Of a stretch of DNA of 64,000 nucleotides, positions 10,170-19,418 are shown one piece after another. Source of the stretch: an uncultured Clostridia bacterium (GTDB taxonomy: Bacteria; Bacillota; Clostridia; Christensenellales; UBA1242). A program made the position numbers and the translations under genes. The notes below the pieces were generated by a model. The model had not been told where the DNA came from, ran no database searches, and was given only the letters and a program-made list of their open reading frames with translations. Numbering within the stretch: the stretch's first letter is position 1; every line of letters begins with the position of its first letter. The DNA lies in NCBI GenBank assembly GCA_934771475.1, contig CAKVMD010000005.1, forward strand, positions 1,328-65,327, in the 5' to 3' direction.

Positions 10170-10865
10170 TTAATTTCCGCTTAATATGCTCACTAGTGCT
10201 AGGGTGGCAACCACTGCTGTATCACAGCGAAGTATTCTTTTGCCGAGGCTGATGGTTTGACTTTTTGCGCTTATTGACTTAGCCTCTTCATCGGTAAAGC
10301 CTGCTTCATTTCCTATCACCACACAAATGTTTTGAGCGCCCTTAATCATTTCCTCGCAAAAAGGAGTTTCCGAATTTTCGTAAGCAAATATTATTTTATC
10401 AAACTCGTCTAATCTTTCAAGCATTTTATTAAAAGCGATAGGTTGGCCCACTTTTACAAGCGCAGAGCGTTCACATTGCTTGCAAGCAGTGGTTACCATG
10501 TTTTTAACGCGTTCTTCCTTAAACGCCTTCACCATTGTCCACTCGCTTGTGAAAAATTGTATTTCGCTCACACCCATTTCAATCGCTTTTGGAATAATGT
10601 TGTCAAAATATTCTTTTTTAGGCATCATTTGAAAAAGCACAATGTTTCGCTTTGGCGCGCCTTCATTTATTTTAACTTCGTCAATGTGGCATCTGCAAAA
10701 ATCTTTCTCAAACTTTTGCAAGGTGCAGTAATAATCATTTTCGTCATTTGTGCAAGCGATAATTTTATCCCCCTCGTTTAGACGCAAAACCTTTTTAAGG
10801 TGAAAATATTCATCGCCATCAATTAAAATGTCGTTATTTTCTTTTTTACCAAAAAATCTTTTCAT
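10170..10865 (-). CDS. rsmE: 16S rRNA (uracil1498-N3)-methyltransferase RsmE
   Basis: 231 aa. It has the RsmE pattern (HL.KVLRL..GD, VVIGNEAGFTDEE, ISLGKRILRCDTA). Confidence 0.85.
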   Translation of the reverse strand: MKRFFGKKENNDILIDGDEYFHLKKVLRLNEGDKIIACTNDENDYYCTLQKFEKDFCRCHIDEVKINEGAPKRNIVLFQMMPKKEYFDNIIPKAIEMGVSEIQFFTSEWTMVKAFKEERVKNMVTTACKQCERSALVKVGQPIAFNKMLERLDEFDKIIFAYENSETPFCEEMIKGAQNICVVIGNEAGFTDEEAKSISAKSQTISLGKRILRCDTAVVATLALVSILSGN

Positions 10866-11142
10866 GTTTCCTCTATGGTGATTATAACATAATTTAATTA
10901 AATTTAAAAGAGATTATTTAATAAATTAAAAAAGCCTATATTTTTTAAGTTTTACACGAAAAAAACAGATCTTTTTAGAAAAAATAGGGATTTTTGCTTT
11001 AATTATTTTGTAAACTTAGTTGAAGCACTTGCTTTCATTGCAAAGTTATTGTGTGCTTTTAAGTAAGGCGCTCACTTTGAGCGCGAAGTCATAGCGTGCC
11101 TGTAAATAACACACCGACATTGCCCATGAAGTTTTGCGGGCT

Positions 11143-11175
11143 AAAAAAGCAGGTTAAATATTAAACCTGCTTTAA
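11143..11175 (-). terminator. Intrinsic terminator after the Cys/Pro-rich gene
   Basis: 10-bp stem aaagcaggtt/aacctgcttt. The U-run is on the minus strand (plus-strand A-run 11143-11148). It lies 8 nt past the stop at 11183. Confidence 0.65.
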
Positions 11176-11182
11176 AAAACTT

Positions 11183-11497
11183 TTATAAGTTGCATTCCCT
11201 ACATATACTTGATGAAAATAGGTATCCAGCGAGGAAGAAAATCGCTGATTTTGGAACTGAGAATTGCACGCAATCACATCTTCTTTCGTTTCCCATGCAA
11301 CCATCTCCGCAAGGAGGGCATGGCTGTGGGCATGGTGGAAACTGTGGGGAAGAGCAAGGAAAGTTGTTCCAAGATGGAAATGAGGTGCAAGGGAAGCAGC
11401 AAGGAGAAGAACATGGAGAAAAGCATGGGTTTTGTCCATAGCAACAGTTTGGACGCAAAGACACGCATTTGCCCATTCTATAAGGACAAGTTTTCAT
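11183..11497 (-). CDS. Small Cys/Pro-rich protein, function unknown (possibly a spore coat-like structural protein)
   Basis: A strong RBS (aaaaggagcaatt-ATG) precedes 11497 and a terminator follows the stop. The sequence is MKTCPYRMGKC...PCFSPCSSPCCFPC...PPCPQPCPPCGDGC. Competing ORFs in four other frames lack an RBS. Confidence 0.6.
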   Translation of the reverse strand: MKTCPYRMGKCVSLRPNCCYGQNPCFSPCSSPCCFPCTSFPSWNNFPCSSPQFPPCPQPCPPCGDGCMGNERRCDCVQFSVPKSAIFFLAGYLFSSSICRECNL

Positions 11498-11553
11498 AAT
11501 TGCTCCTTTTAAAGTAATATACTTTGATTTTGCCTAGTAAAATATAGTGATTT

Positions 11554-12588
11554 ATGTTTTATGCTTTTTTGGCTCTTGTAGGTGGAGTTGTCGGTTCTGG
11601 GTTTATAACGGGCAAAGAAATTGCCGTATTTTTCGCAAGAAATGGTTATTTCGCCATTTTGGGTGCCATATTTTCAACAATCATTTTCTTTTTTCTTTTT
11701 AAATATTTTCTTTTTAATGGTGAAAAGGTGGCAAGGCTTCTTGCTTCGTCAAAATTATTCTTGTTTATATCGATATCGTTAAATGTAATCTTATCTGCCT
11801 CAATGCTGGCAGGCATTGTAGACATATCTTGCGAAATGGGAAAAGCCTCATTTTTGATTATAGCCATAACGCTTATTTCTTGCCTCTTCGTTTTTAAAAA
11901 GGGAATAAAGGCGCTTGACAGGCTCAACATCGCCTTAGTGCCACTTATGATTTTAGCGTTTGTGATAATCTTTGTGCCAAAACTTTCTCTAAACCTAAAT
12001 TTTGAAAAAGGAAGCATCCTTTCATCTTTGTGGTTTAGCATTCTTTACACTTCAATAAATATCGCAAACATGACACTGCTTCTTGCCTCGTTAGGGGCCA
12101 AACTGACAAGCAAGCAGAAAACGCAAGTGGCTTTTTGGGCAACACTTGCGCTTGGTGTTCTGCTTCTTTTAGTGGTGGCAGTTTTACTTCAAAATCAATC
12201 AGTTATAGGGCAAGATATGCCACTTCTTTCCTTGGTAAGTTCGTGGCAAAAGGTGGTTATGAGTGGGCTTATCTTCCTTGGAAGCGTAACCTCACTTTTC
12301 TCGTTTGTGTATTCGAGTTCATCATCCTTAAGAGGGCTGAACAAAAATGAAATGATAAACTTTTTTCTTTCAATTCTTTTGCCATTTATTTTAAGTTTTT
12401 TAGGATTTGGTTTTATCGTAACATATATTTACCCACTCGCAAGTGTTCTTGGCATCTTGCTTCTTGGAATGATTTTTTTGCCTCGATTATTTTTTAACCC
12501 TTTTCTCAAAAATGCCAACAAGAAGATACATTCCGCCCGCAAGAACACAAAGCAGAACGATACTGGTCATGACGATGTCAAGTTTTAA
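11554..12588 (+). CDS. Polytopic membrane protein, YkvI-like transporter family (tentative)
   Basis: 344 aa and hydrophobic throughout. The N-terminal GSGFITGKEIAVFF motif resembles YkvI-type permeases. The 3' end overlaps the convergent permease gene by 102 nt. Confidence 0.5.
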   Translation: MFYAFLALVGGVVGSGFITGKEIAVFFARNGYFAILGAIFSTIIFFFLFKYFLFNGEKVARLLASSKLFLFISISLNVILSASMLAGIVDISCEMGKASFLIIAITLISCLFVFKKGIKALDRLNIALVPLMILAFVIIFVPKLSLNLNFEKGSILSSLWFSILYTSINIANMTLLLASLGAKLTSKQKTQVAFWATLALGVLLLLVVAVLLQNQSVIGQDMPLLSLVSSWQKVVMSGLIFLGSVTSLFSFVYSSSSSLRGLNKNEMINFFLSILLPFILSFLGFGFIVTYIYPLASVLGILLLGMIFLPRLFFNPFLKNANKKIHSARKNTKQNDTGHDDVKF

Positions 12589-13305
12589 GATTTGACTGCC
12601 GTAGTTGATGAGGTATCCAAGCCCGGCTTGTGAGGAAAGGTATTCTCCCATAATTGTGCCGACCCAACTCATTCCTACATTAATTTTCAAAACGCTAACA
12701 AAGTCGGGAAGAGCGGATGGAAGCACAAGTTTAAAAAATGTTTGTGCTTTGCTTGCATGCATTGATTTCATAAGCAAAATTTTATCTTTGTCGCATGAAA
12801 TGAATGCATTGAGAGTGGAAATTATTGTAATGATGACGCAGATAAGCACGCACATAACAATAGTTGCGCTGGTACCAGAGCCCACCCAGAAAATAATCAT
12901 TGGCCCGAGGGCGATTTTAGGAAGGGAATTTAGAATTACAAGATATGGCTCTAACACCTTGCGCAAATTTTCGCTCCACCAAAGTGCAACAGCAATAACG
13001 AAGCCGATTGCGGAAGCAAGCAAAAATCCGATTATGGTTTCATAGAGTGAAGTCCAGATATGAATCCAAAGGTTGTTTTGACTGGCAAGAGCGCCAATAC
13101 AGGAGCAAATTCTAGAAGGGCTTGAAAAGAAAAATGGGTCTAAAACTTCAACGCTTGAAAGAAGTTCCCAAATCCCGAGGAAAATCAAGAAAAGAGCAAT
13201 TCGCCAAAAAATAACCCAAAATTTATTCTTTTTTACATTTTTTAAATAAATTTGGCGTGCTTTTGAAAAATTATTCTCTTTTTGCTTCAACATAAATCTC
13301 TCCAA
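12487..13305 (-). CDS. ABC transporter permease, NitT/TauT (SsuC/TauC-like) family
   Basis: 272 aa and multi-TM, with an EAA-like loop (MKSMHASKAQTFFKLVLPSALP). It is translationally coupled to the upstream ATPase. Confidence 0.8.
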   Translation of the reverse strand: MERFMLKQKENNFSKARQIYLKNVKKNKFWVIFWRIALFLIFLGIWELLSSVEVLDPFFFSSPSRICSCIGALASQNNLWIHIWTSLYETIIGFLLASAIGFVIAVALWWSENLRKVLEPYLVILNSLPKIALGPMIIFWVGSGTSATIVMCVLICVIITIISTLNAFISCDKDKILLMKSMHASKAQTFFKLVLPSALPDFVSVLKINVGMSWVGTIMGEYLSSQAGLGYLINYGSQILKLDIVMTSIVLLCVLAGGMYLLVGIFEKRVKK

Positions 13306-14042
13306 ATTTTTTCAAATAGCGTTCCAAATTTTTTGTCCTCTCGCTTTTCGAGAGGGCTTTTTTGTGGAAAAGACAAGAGGACTTCTTCTTTGACAGACGC
13401 TGGTCGAGATGACAAGATAATGACCTTATCGGACATACTTAACGCTTCCGAAATGTCATGAGTAACAAGTAGCGCTGTTTTTTCTTCCGTTTTTATAATG
13501 TCATACACATCATCGCAGACTTTAAGCCTCGTTTGAAAGTCGAGGGCTGAAAATGGTTCGTCTAGAAGTAAAAGAGCCGGCTCCATAACCAGAGTTCTAA
13601 TTAGGGCAACTCTTTGCCTCATGCCTCCGCTAAGTTGTCGAGGCTTTTTGTTTATAAAGTTGTAAAGGTCATATTTTTTGAGTAGCGAAAGGGCAAATTC
13701 TATCTTTTTTTCGTCCTTTGAAAGTTTGTTTATTTCAAGGCCTAAGGTAACATTTTGCCAAATAGTTCTCCACTCAAAGAGGTGGTCTTTTTGGAACATA
13801 TACCCGATTTTCTCATCGTTTTGTTTGACCTTTTCTCCGTCAAGCAAGATTTCTCCACTTGATGGCGATAAAAGTCCAGCAATGAGTGAAAGAATGGTGG
13901 TTTTACCGCAACCGCTTGGACCTACTAGCGAAGAAAAACTTTTTTCTTCAAGAGAAAAATTTATATCATCTAGTGCCTTTATCTCGCTTTCTTTTGTCTG
14001 GTAGAAAAAAGAGACATTTTTCATTTCTAGCAAGTTATTCAT
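13287..14042 (-). CDS. ABC transporter ATP-binding protein, NitT/TauT (SsuB/TauB-like) family
   Basis: Walker A GPSGCGKTT, signature LSGGMRQRV, Walker B LLLLDEPFSALD, and H-loop VTHD. Confidence 0.9.
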   Translation of the reverse strand: MNNLLEMKNVSFFYQTKESEIKALDDINFSLEEKSFSSLVGPSGCGKTTILSLIAGLLSPSSGEILLDGEKVKQNDEKIGYMFQKDHLFEWRTIWQNVTLGLEINKLSKDEKKIEFALSLLKKYDLYNFINKKPRQLSGGMRQRVALIRTLVMEPALLLLDEPFSALDFQTRLKVCDDVYDIIKTEEKTALLVTHDISEALSMSDKVIILSSRPASVKEEVLLSFPQKSPLEKREDKKFGTLFEKIWRDLC

Positions 14043-14176
14043 TGTTTGACCTCTACAATATCAGTCTAGCAAAAGAAGAGGGGGTTTGTTACAACTTTTC
14101 AAAATTTTTGGCAGTAAAGGTGGAAAAGCGCAACAAAGCGAAGGTATAATGTTGCCAAACTCAAAAAGGGGAACAA

Positions 14177-14467
14177 ATGGACGAGGAGGACATGATTAAA
14201 AAAGCCTTGCTTAAAAAAGCGTTAGGTTATGACGCGGACGATGTTGTTAAAGAGTACACGAGCGGGGAAGATGGTGATATTGTGCTAGCCAAAAAGAAAG
14301 TTACCACCAAACATTATGCGCCCGATGTGTCAGCGGTGAAACTACTTCTTGACAGGTACTATAAGACTTACAAAGAAATTGTGGACGAAATGACAGATGA
14401 AGCCCTTGAAGAGGAAAAGAATAGACTCGAAAGACTTATTAAGGAGGAAGAAGATGGAACTTCATGA
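14177..14467 (+). CDS. Small-terminase-like fragment (resembles the central/C-terminal part of Firmicute phage TerS and lacks an N-terminal HTH)
   Basis: The segment ALGYDADDVVKEYT...KKKVTTKHYAPDVSAVKLLLDRY resembles the ...GY.YEE...K.TTKHVPPDV.A..FWLKNR segment of phage TerS proteins. This is recognition by eye only. Confidence 0.4.
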   Translation: MDEEDMIKKALLKKALGYDADDVVKEYTSGEDGDIVLAKKKVTTKHYAPDVSAVKLLLDRYYKTYKEIVDEMTDEALEEEKNRLERLIKEEEDGTS

Positions 14468-14690
14468 GTGTAATCATTTTTGTAAATGCGACTTTAATGG
14501 CTGTAACAACAGAGCAAAATATACCTTCTCATGCGGTGGAAACATAAGGCGAGACCTTTGTTTTTGCGAAGAGTGCTTGAAAGGGATGTATAACGAAATT
14601 TCAAAAATGTTAGTGCCAAAAGCAATTAAAAGTCCATTTAAGATAAATCAAAGATTAAGGAGAGAAGATGAAAGAAGAAAAGATTGTTAA
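14454..14690 (+). CDS. Cys-rich putative zinc-ribbon protein (78 aa) occupying the slot where TerL normally sits
   Basis: ATG 14454 follows aaggagg. The sequence is MELHECNHFCKCDFNGCNN...FSCGG...CFCEECLKG. It overlaps both neighbouring genes. Confidence 0.55.
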   Translation: MELHECNHFCKCDFNGCNNRAKYTFSCGGNIRRDLCFCEECLKGMYNEISKMLVPKAIKSPFKINQRLRREDERRKDC

Positions 14691-16509
14691 AGAAGTCCTT
14701 GACGACTTTAAAAAGCGCGCCGAAGAGCGCAAAAGTTTTGACCTCATTTGGCAGATTAACTCTAACTTTTTAATGGGAAATCAATACTGCAATGTGGGTT
14801 ATGGTGGCGAACTTGAAGAGCAAGACCGTCAATTCTTTTGGCAAGAGAGGGAGGTTTTTAACCATATTGCGCCAATTTATGATATAAGATTTGCAAAACT
14901 GTCAAAGGTTAAGCCCGACATAAACATTTTACCTGCTACAAACGAAGAAAAAGACAAACAAATAGCCAAAATTTCTAAGAAAATATACCAATCTGTGAAA
15001 AATAAACTTGAAATCAATGAAAAAGTAAACCAAGCAATTAAATGGAGCGAGGTTTGCGGAACTGTGTTTTACAAAGTTGGCTGGAACTCCAATATTGGTC
15101 AGGTTGTTGGAATTGGTGATAACGATAAGAAGATTACTTCGGGTGAGGTTGAACTTAGCGTTGTAAGTCCTTTTGAAATCTATCCAGACTCAGCAACTTG
15201 TGAAAGTCTTGATGAGTGTCAAAGCATAATTCATGCCAAAGCGTATAAAACAAGCCAAATTAAGTCTATGTATGGCATTGATGTCAAGGGGCAAGATGTC
15301 AATGTGTTCTCGCTGGACGGAGTTAGTGGCTCGGTGGGAGGACTTGGCTTTAATGGAACAATGCCAAAGATTATTCAAACCCGCAAAGCAGATTCTGCGG
15401 TGGTTGTTGAAAGATATGTACGCCCTTGCGCAGAGTATCCAAATGGCAGACTTACGATAGTCGCAGGTGATAGGCTGGCATTTGATGGCGACCTTCCATA
15501 CATGATAAAAGACGAAAAGGAGCGTGATTTTCCTTTCATTAGACAAACCAGCATTGAAGAGCCGGGATGTTTCTGGGGAACCAGCGTAATTGAACGCCTT
15601 ATTCCTGTTCAAAGAGCGTACAATGCTGTAAAAAATCGTAAACACGAATTTATCAATCGTATTTCTATGGGCGTGCTTTCGGTTGAGGATGGCTCAGTCG
15701 ACCTTGATAATTTAGAGCAAGAGGGGTTGTGCCCGGGGAAAGTGCTGGTTTATAGACAAGGCGCAAAAGAGCCTCAATACTTGCAAAGCGAGGCTATAAG
15801 CGGAGAATTAGCAAAGGAAGAAGACGCACTTTTAGAGGAGTTTAACAAAATCAGTGGCGTCAGCGATATTTTAGGGACAAGTGGGGTTTCTGCAAATATG
15901 AGCGGGGTTACACTTGAACTTATGATTTCGCAAGATGAAACAAGGCTCAACGCCTCAGTTGAGTCCATCAAGATTGCAATGCGCGATATTGCCAAGAAGA
16001 TTTTAAAACTTTATAGACAGTTTGCAGTTTTCCCACGCCTTGCAAGAATTGTGGGCGAAAATGGCGATGTGGAAATATTCTATTTCTCATCAAGCGATAT
16101 CACAAGCGATGACATAATCGTAGATGACTATGCAGACACAAATCAAACCCTTTCTCAACGCCGAGAAATGATTTTCAACTTGCTAGAAAATGGAATTTTG
16201 ACGGATGAGAAAGGCAATCTTACAAACAAAATGAAAACAAAAATCATGGAGATGCTGGGCGTTGGTGCGTGGGAAAGCGCCCAAGACATAAACGAACTCC
16301 ACATTAAAAAAGCGGATAAAGAAAACTTTAAACTGCTTGATGGCATAAATTTAAAGCCTAGTGAAATTGATGACCACGAACTTCACATAAACGAGCACGT
16401 GGCTTTTATGCTTGGTGAAGATTTTGAGAAGAAAAAAGCCAAAAATCCAAAAATAGAACAAATCTTTTTAGAGCACGTTAAGGCTCACAAGATGATGAAG
16501 GAGGAATAA
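14668..16509 (+). CDS. Phage portal protein
   Basis: 613 aa, positioned immediately upstream of the scaffold and coat genes. The N-terminal ...R.SFDLIWQINSNFLMGNQY and overall size are typical of portals. Confidence 0.75.
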   Translation: MKEEKIVKEVLDDFKKRAEERKSFDLIWQINSNFLMGNQYCNVGYGGELEEQDRQFFWQEREVFNHIAPIYDIRFAKLSKVKPDINILPATNEEKDKQIAKISKKIYQSVKNKLEINEKVNQAIKWSEVCGTVFYKVGWNSNIGQVVGIGDNDKKITSGEVELSVVSPFEIYPDSATCESLDECQSIIHAKAYKTSQIKSMYGIDVKGQDVNVFSLDGVSGSVGGLGFNGTMPKIIQTRKADSAVVVERYVRPCAEYPNGRLTIVAGDRLAFDGDLPYMIKDEKERDFPFIRQTSIEEPGCFWGTSVIERLIPVQRAYNAVKNRKHEFINRISMGVLSVEDGSVDLDNLEQEGLCPGKVLVYRQGAKEPQYLQSEAISGELAKEEDALLEEFNKISGVSDILGTSGVSANMSGVTLELMISQDETRLNASVESIKIAMRDIAKKILKLYRQFAVFPRLARIVGENGDVEIFYFSSSDITSDDIIVDDYADTNQTLSQRREMIFNLLENGILTDEKGNLTNKMKTKIMEMLGVGAWESAQDINELHIKKADKENFKLLDGINLKPSEIDDHELHINEHVAFMLGEDFEKKKAKNPKIEQIFLEHVKAHKMMKEE

Positions 16510-17115
16510 ATGGAAGAAAGAGAACAACCGACAGTGGAACCGGCAAATGTTTTAAACGTAACGGAGGAGGAAAGTGCTGTGAGTGAAGTCGGCTCTCGCG
16601 AAAAAGCAGACCTTGGGAAATTCAAAAGTGTGGAGGACCTTATGGACGCATATAACTCTCTGCAAAGCGAGTTTACAAGGAAATGCCAACAGCTTAGTCA
16701 AACGCTAAAAGATAAAACGGAAATTGAAACGCCAAAAGAAAAGGAAACTTTTGATGAGGGGAAATTCAATGCGTTCCTTGAAGAAAATGACAAGGCAAAA
16801 AACTATGCTGACGAGATTAAAAATCTTGTTACAGAAAAAGGCTCTGCCTCTTATGAGGACGCTTGGGGCAGGGCGCTTTTAAATCGTATTAATAATGACG
16901 AGAACTCTTCAAGCGACCCTCTTATTAATCAGTATGTTTTATCTAACGAAGAATTAAAAAACAAAGTTATCGAAGATTATCTTGAAAGGCTCAAAGGGGC
17001 AAGTGCTCCTTATGTGATGGCTTCTTCTGGTGGTGAGAGACTTTCAAGCGTAAGTGAGCAAAGTCCCACCACGCTTGAAGAAGCGAAACTTCTTACAAGA
17101 AAAATGTTTGAATAA
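16510..17115 (+). CDS. Phage capsid scaffolding protein
   Basis: 201 aa, acidic and predicted helical. The GKFKSVEDLMDAYNSLQSEFTRK motif is common in Firmicute phage scaffold proteins. It lies between the portal and coat genes. Confidence 0.7.
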   Translation: MEEREQPTVEPANVLNVTEEESAVSEVGSREKADLGKFKSVEDLMDAYNSLQSEFTRKCQQLSQTLKDKTEIETPKEKETFDEGKFNAFLEENDKAKNYADEIKNLVTEKGSASYEDAWGRALLNRINNDENSSSDPLINQYVLSNEELKNKVIEDYLERLKGASAPYVMASSGGERLSSVSEQSPTTLEEAKLLTRKMFE

Positions 17116-17196
17116 TTAAAGATTTTCGACAGATTTTTCGTTAAAAAACATCAAAAAACAAGTAAAAACTATAAAAACGAAGAAAAAGGAGAAAAA

Positions 17197-18414
17197 ATGG
17201 TTACTTTACAAACAGCAGATAATGCTTTAAAAAATGTATATCTTGGAGTTGTAGCAAACCAACTCAATGTTAAAGCAAACCCACTTCTTGCAAAAATCAA
17301 ACGCACAAGCAAAGATGTGTGGGGAAAAGAAATTAGAAAACTTGCACCATTCGGAATTAATGGCGGTGTAGGTGCAGGTGGCGAAACCGATGCACTTCCA
17401 GATGCTTCTGGCAATGGATATGTTCAATTCGTAAGCGAACTTAAAAACCTTTATGGCAAAATTGAAATTTCAGACAAGGCAGTAAGAGCAAGTCAAAACA
17501 ATATTGGTGCTTTTGTCAACCTTTTAACTGATGAAATGGAAGGACTTGTTAAGGCAAGTGCTTTCAACCTTGGAAGAATGTTGTACGGTGATGGAACTGG
17601 ACTTCTTGCAACAGTTTCTGCCGTTTCAAGCAAAACTCTTACTTGCGATAAGGTAAACAATCTTATTGAAGGGATGCTTGTTGATGTTTACTCAACCAGC
17701 GGAAAAGTAAATACAACTCCACTCAAAATCACTTATGTAGATAGAGTAAATAAGAAATTCACTTATGCTGGTACATCGGGCACAATTTCAGCAAATTGCA
17801 AAGTTTATGTTCAAGGCTCAAAAGACAAAGAAATCTCAGGTCTTGGCAAAATCTTTGATTCAAGCGCAACTTCAATCTATGGAGTTAGCAAGTCAGACAA
17901 CCCATGGCTTACCCCTTATGTAAGCACAACCGAACAAGAGATTTCTGACATTGTTATCCAACAAGCGATTGACTTCCTTGACATGAATGTTGACAGCCAA
18001 ATCAACTTTATTTCTTGTTCTAGTCAAGTTAGACGCGCATATCAAGAATATCTTGGCGCTTATAGAAGAAACATTGATATTGCAGTTCTTGACGGCGGAT
18101 ACAAAACAATCACTCACAACGGTATTCCAGTTGTTGCAGACAGATTTGTTGATAATGATACTATGTATCTTCTTAACACAAACGACTTTACTCTTCATGA
18201 ACTTTGCGACTGGCAATGGTTACAAGGTGAGGACGGCAGAATTTTGAAACAAAAAGAAGGCTATCCAACATACTCTGCAACCCTTGTTAAATATGCTGAA
18301 CTTATTTGTGATAAGCCATGCGGACAAGCAAAAATTTCTGGAATTAAGTCAACAGTAACAAACCCTTTTGCTACAAATGTTACTGTAAACAATACATCTT
18401 CACAAACTGAATAA
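17197..18414 (+). CDS. Phage major capsid (coat) protein
   Basis: 405 aa with a strong RBS (aaaaaggagaaaaa-ATG), following the scaffold gene. Size and composition are typical of coat proteins. Confidence 0.7.
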   Translation: MVTLQTADNALKNVYLGVVANQLNVKANPLLAKIKRTSKDVWGKEIRKLAPFGINGGVGAGGETDALPDASGNGYVQFVSELKNLYGKIEISDKAVRASQNNIGAFVNLLTDEMEGLVKASAFNLGRMLYGDGTGLLATVSAVSSKTLTCDKVNNLIEGMLVDVYSTSGKVNTTPLKITYVDRVNKKFTYAGTSGTISANCKVYVQGSKDKEISGLGKIFDSSATSIYGVSKSDNPWLTPYVSTTEQEISDIVIQQAIDFLDMNVDSQINFISCSSQVRRAYQEYLGAYRRNIDIAVLDGGYKTITHNGIPVVADRFVDNDTMYLLNTNDFTLHELCDWQWLQGEDGRILKQKEGYPTYSATLVKYAELICDKPCGQAKISGIKSTVTNPFATNVTVNNTSSQTE

Positions 18415-18555
18415 TTAAAAATTTATAAAGGCAAAATTTCTTTTTTAGGGCAAAATGTTTAAGTCTAATTTTAGGGCGAAATTCTGTTTTCAAGACTTAA
18501 ATATGCTTAAAAAATTGATTTTTTGCCTTTTTAATAAATTTTGGAGGCGAAAATC

Positions 18556-18867
18556 ATGAAAAATCTTCTAATTATTGAAGGGGATACTTTTTTTATAAAT
18601 GAAAGACTAAAAGAAATTGATAAGGACTATTTTATCGTTTTCAATCTTGAAAAACAAAAATATGAAGTTCATGTTCACGGGCAAGCGAAAAGTAGTTATG
18701 CTTTTACTTTGCCTTTTGACGGCCTTGACGAGCGGACAATACTGTTTGCTCAAAAAACTCGCATTGCCAATATGGACAAAATTTTAGATGAGATTGAAAA
18801 AGATAACGAAAAGTCTTACGAGCGCCTCATAAAACAGCAGGTGAATTTATTGAAGGAGATAATATGA
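18556..18867 (+). CDS. Hypothetical phage-module protein (103 aa)
   Basis: ATG 18556 follows ggagg. It is coupled to the next gene through the ATGA overlap at 18864-18867. Confidence 0.55.
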   Translation: MKNLLIIEGDTFFINERLKEIDKDYFIVFNLEKQKYEVHVHGQAKSSYAFTLPFDGLDERTILFAQKTRIANMDKILDEIEKDNEKSYERLIKQQVNLLKEII

Positions 18868-19418
18868 AAGTAAAAGATATAATCATTTTAGCGCTAGATT
18901 TTTGTCATGAAGACAGCCTTGCTTCACTTTTAAGGACGGAGAACCCAACCTTGACTGACGAACAGCAAGAAAAAGTAAACTCTTTCACAAGGTGCTTCAA
19001 TCTTGTTTATGAAGAATTGTCAAGCCAATATCTTCCAATAATAAAAACTGAAACTGTTAGTGCTACCGATGGAAAAGTGCTTTATTCTAGTCTATCTCAA
19101 AAAGTGCTAGATGTTGTGGAGGTTAAAAACGCACATGGCAGAAAAATCAAATTTAGAAAGTTTGATTCTTACCTTTTTGCTCTTGCCAGTGAGGTAACAG
19201 TGTCATATAAAACCCTTCCAAACGCTTTGACAGAGTCGAGTGAATTTTCTTGCCCATTGCCCGAGCGAATTTTTGCCTATGGCGTGGCGAGAGAGTTTTT
19301 CTATTTGCAAGGGGCAAGCGATGAAGCTGAAATCTATGACAACCGCTACAAAGACAGCCTTCTTGTTTTGCTTGGTAAGTCAAAAGAGATAAAAATGCCC
19401 GCGAGGGGGTGGATTTAA
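18864..19418 (+). CDS. Putative head-completion / head-tail adaptor protein (184 aa)
   Basis: Its position and size match gp4/gp6-type adaptors that follow the coat gene. The sequence assignment is weak. Confidence 0.4.
   Translation: MKVKDIIILALDFCHEDSLASLLRTENPTLTDEQQEKVNSFTRCFNLVYEELSSQYLPIIKTETVSATDGKVLYSSLSQKVLDVVEVKNAHGRKIKFRKFDSYLFALASEVTVSYKTLPNALTESSEFSCPLPERIFAYGVAREFFYLQGASDEAEIYDNRYKDSLLVLLGKSKEIKMPARGWI

Noticed and set aside
11020-11145. Moderately GC-richer stretch with small hairpins (gcgctcactttgagcgc) between the Cys-rich gene terminator and the rsmE promoter, considered as an sRNA
   Set aside because: I found no convincing promoter on either strand. The adjacent terminator has its U-run only on the minus strand upstream of this stretch, and the hairpins are short. 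This is not enough to call a feature.
11161-11499. Four alternative ORFs overlapping the Cys/Pro-rich gene (11161-11439 and 11274-11468 minus; 11190-11441 and 11209-11499 plus)
   Set aside because: Only the 11183-11497 minus frame has a canonical RBS and a terminator just after its stop. The others are by-products of the biased composition.
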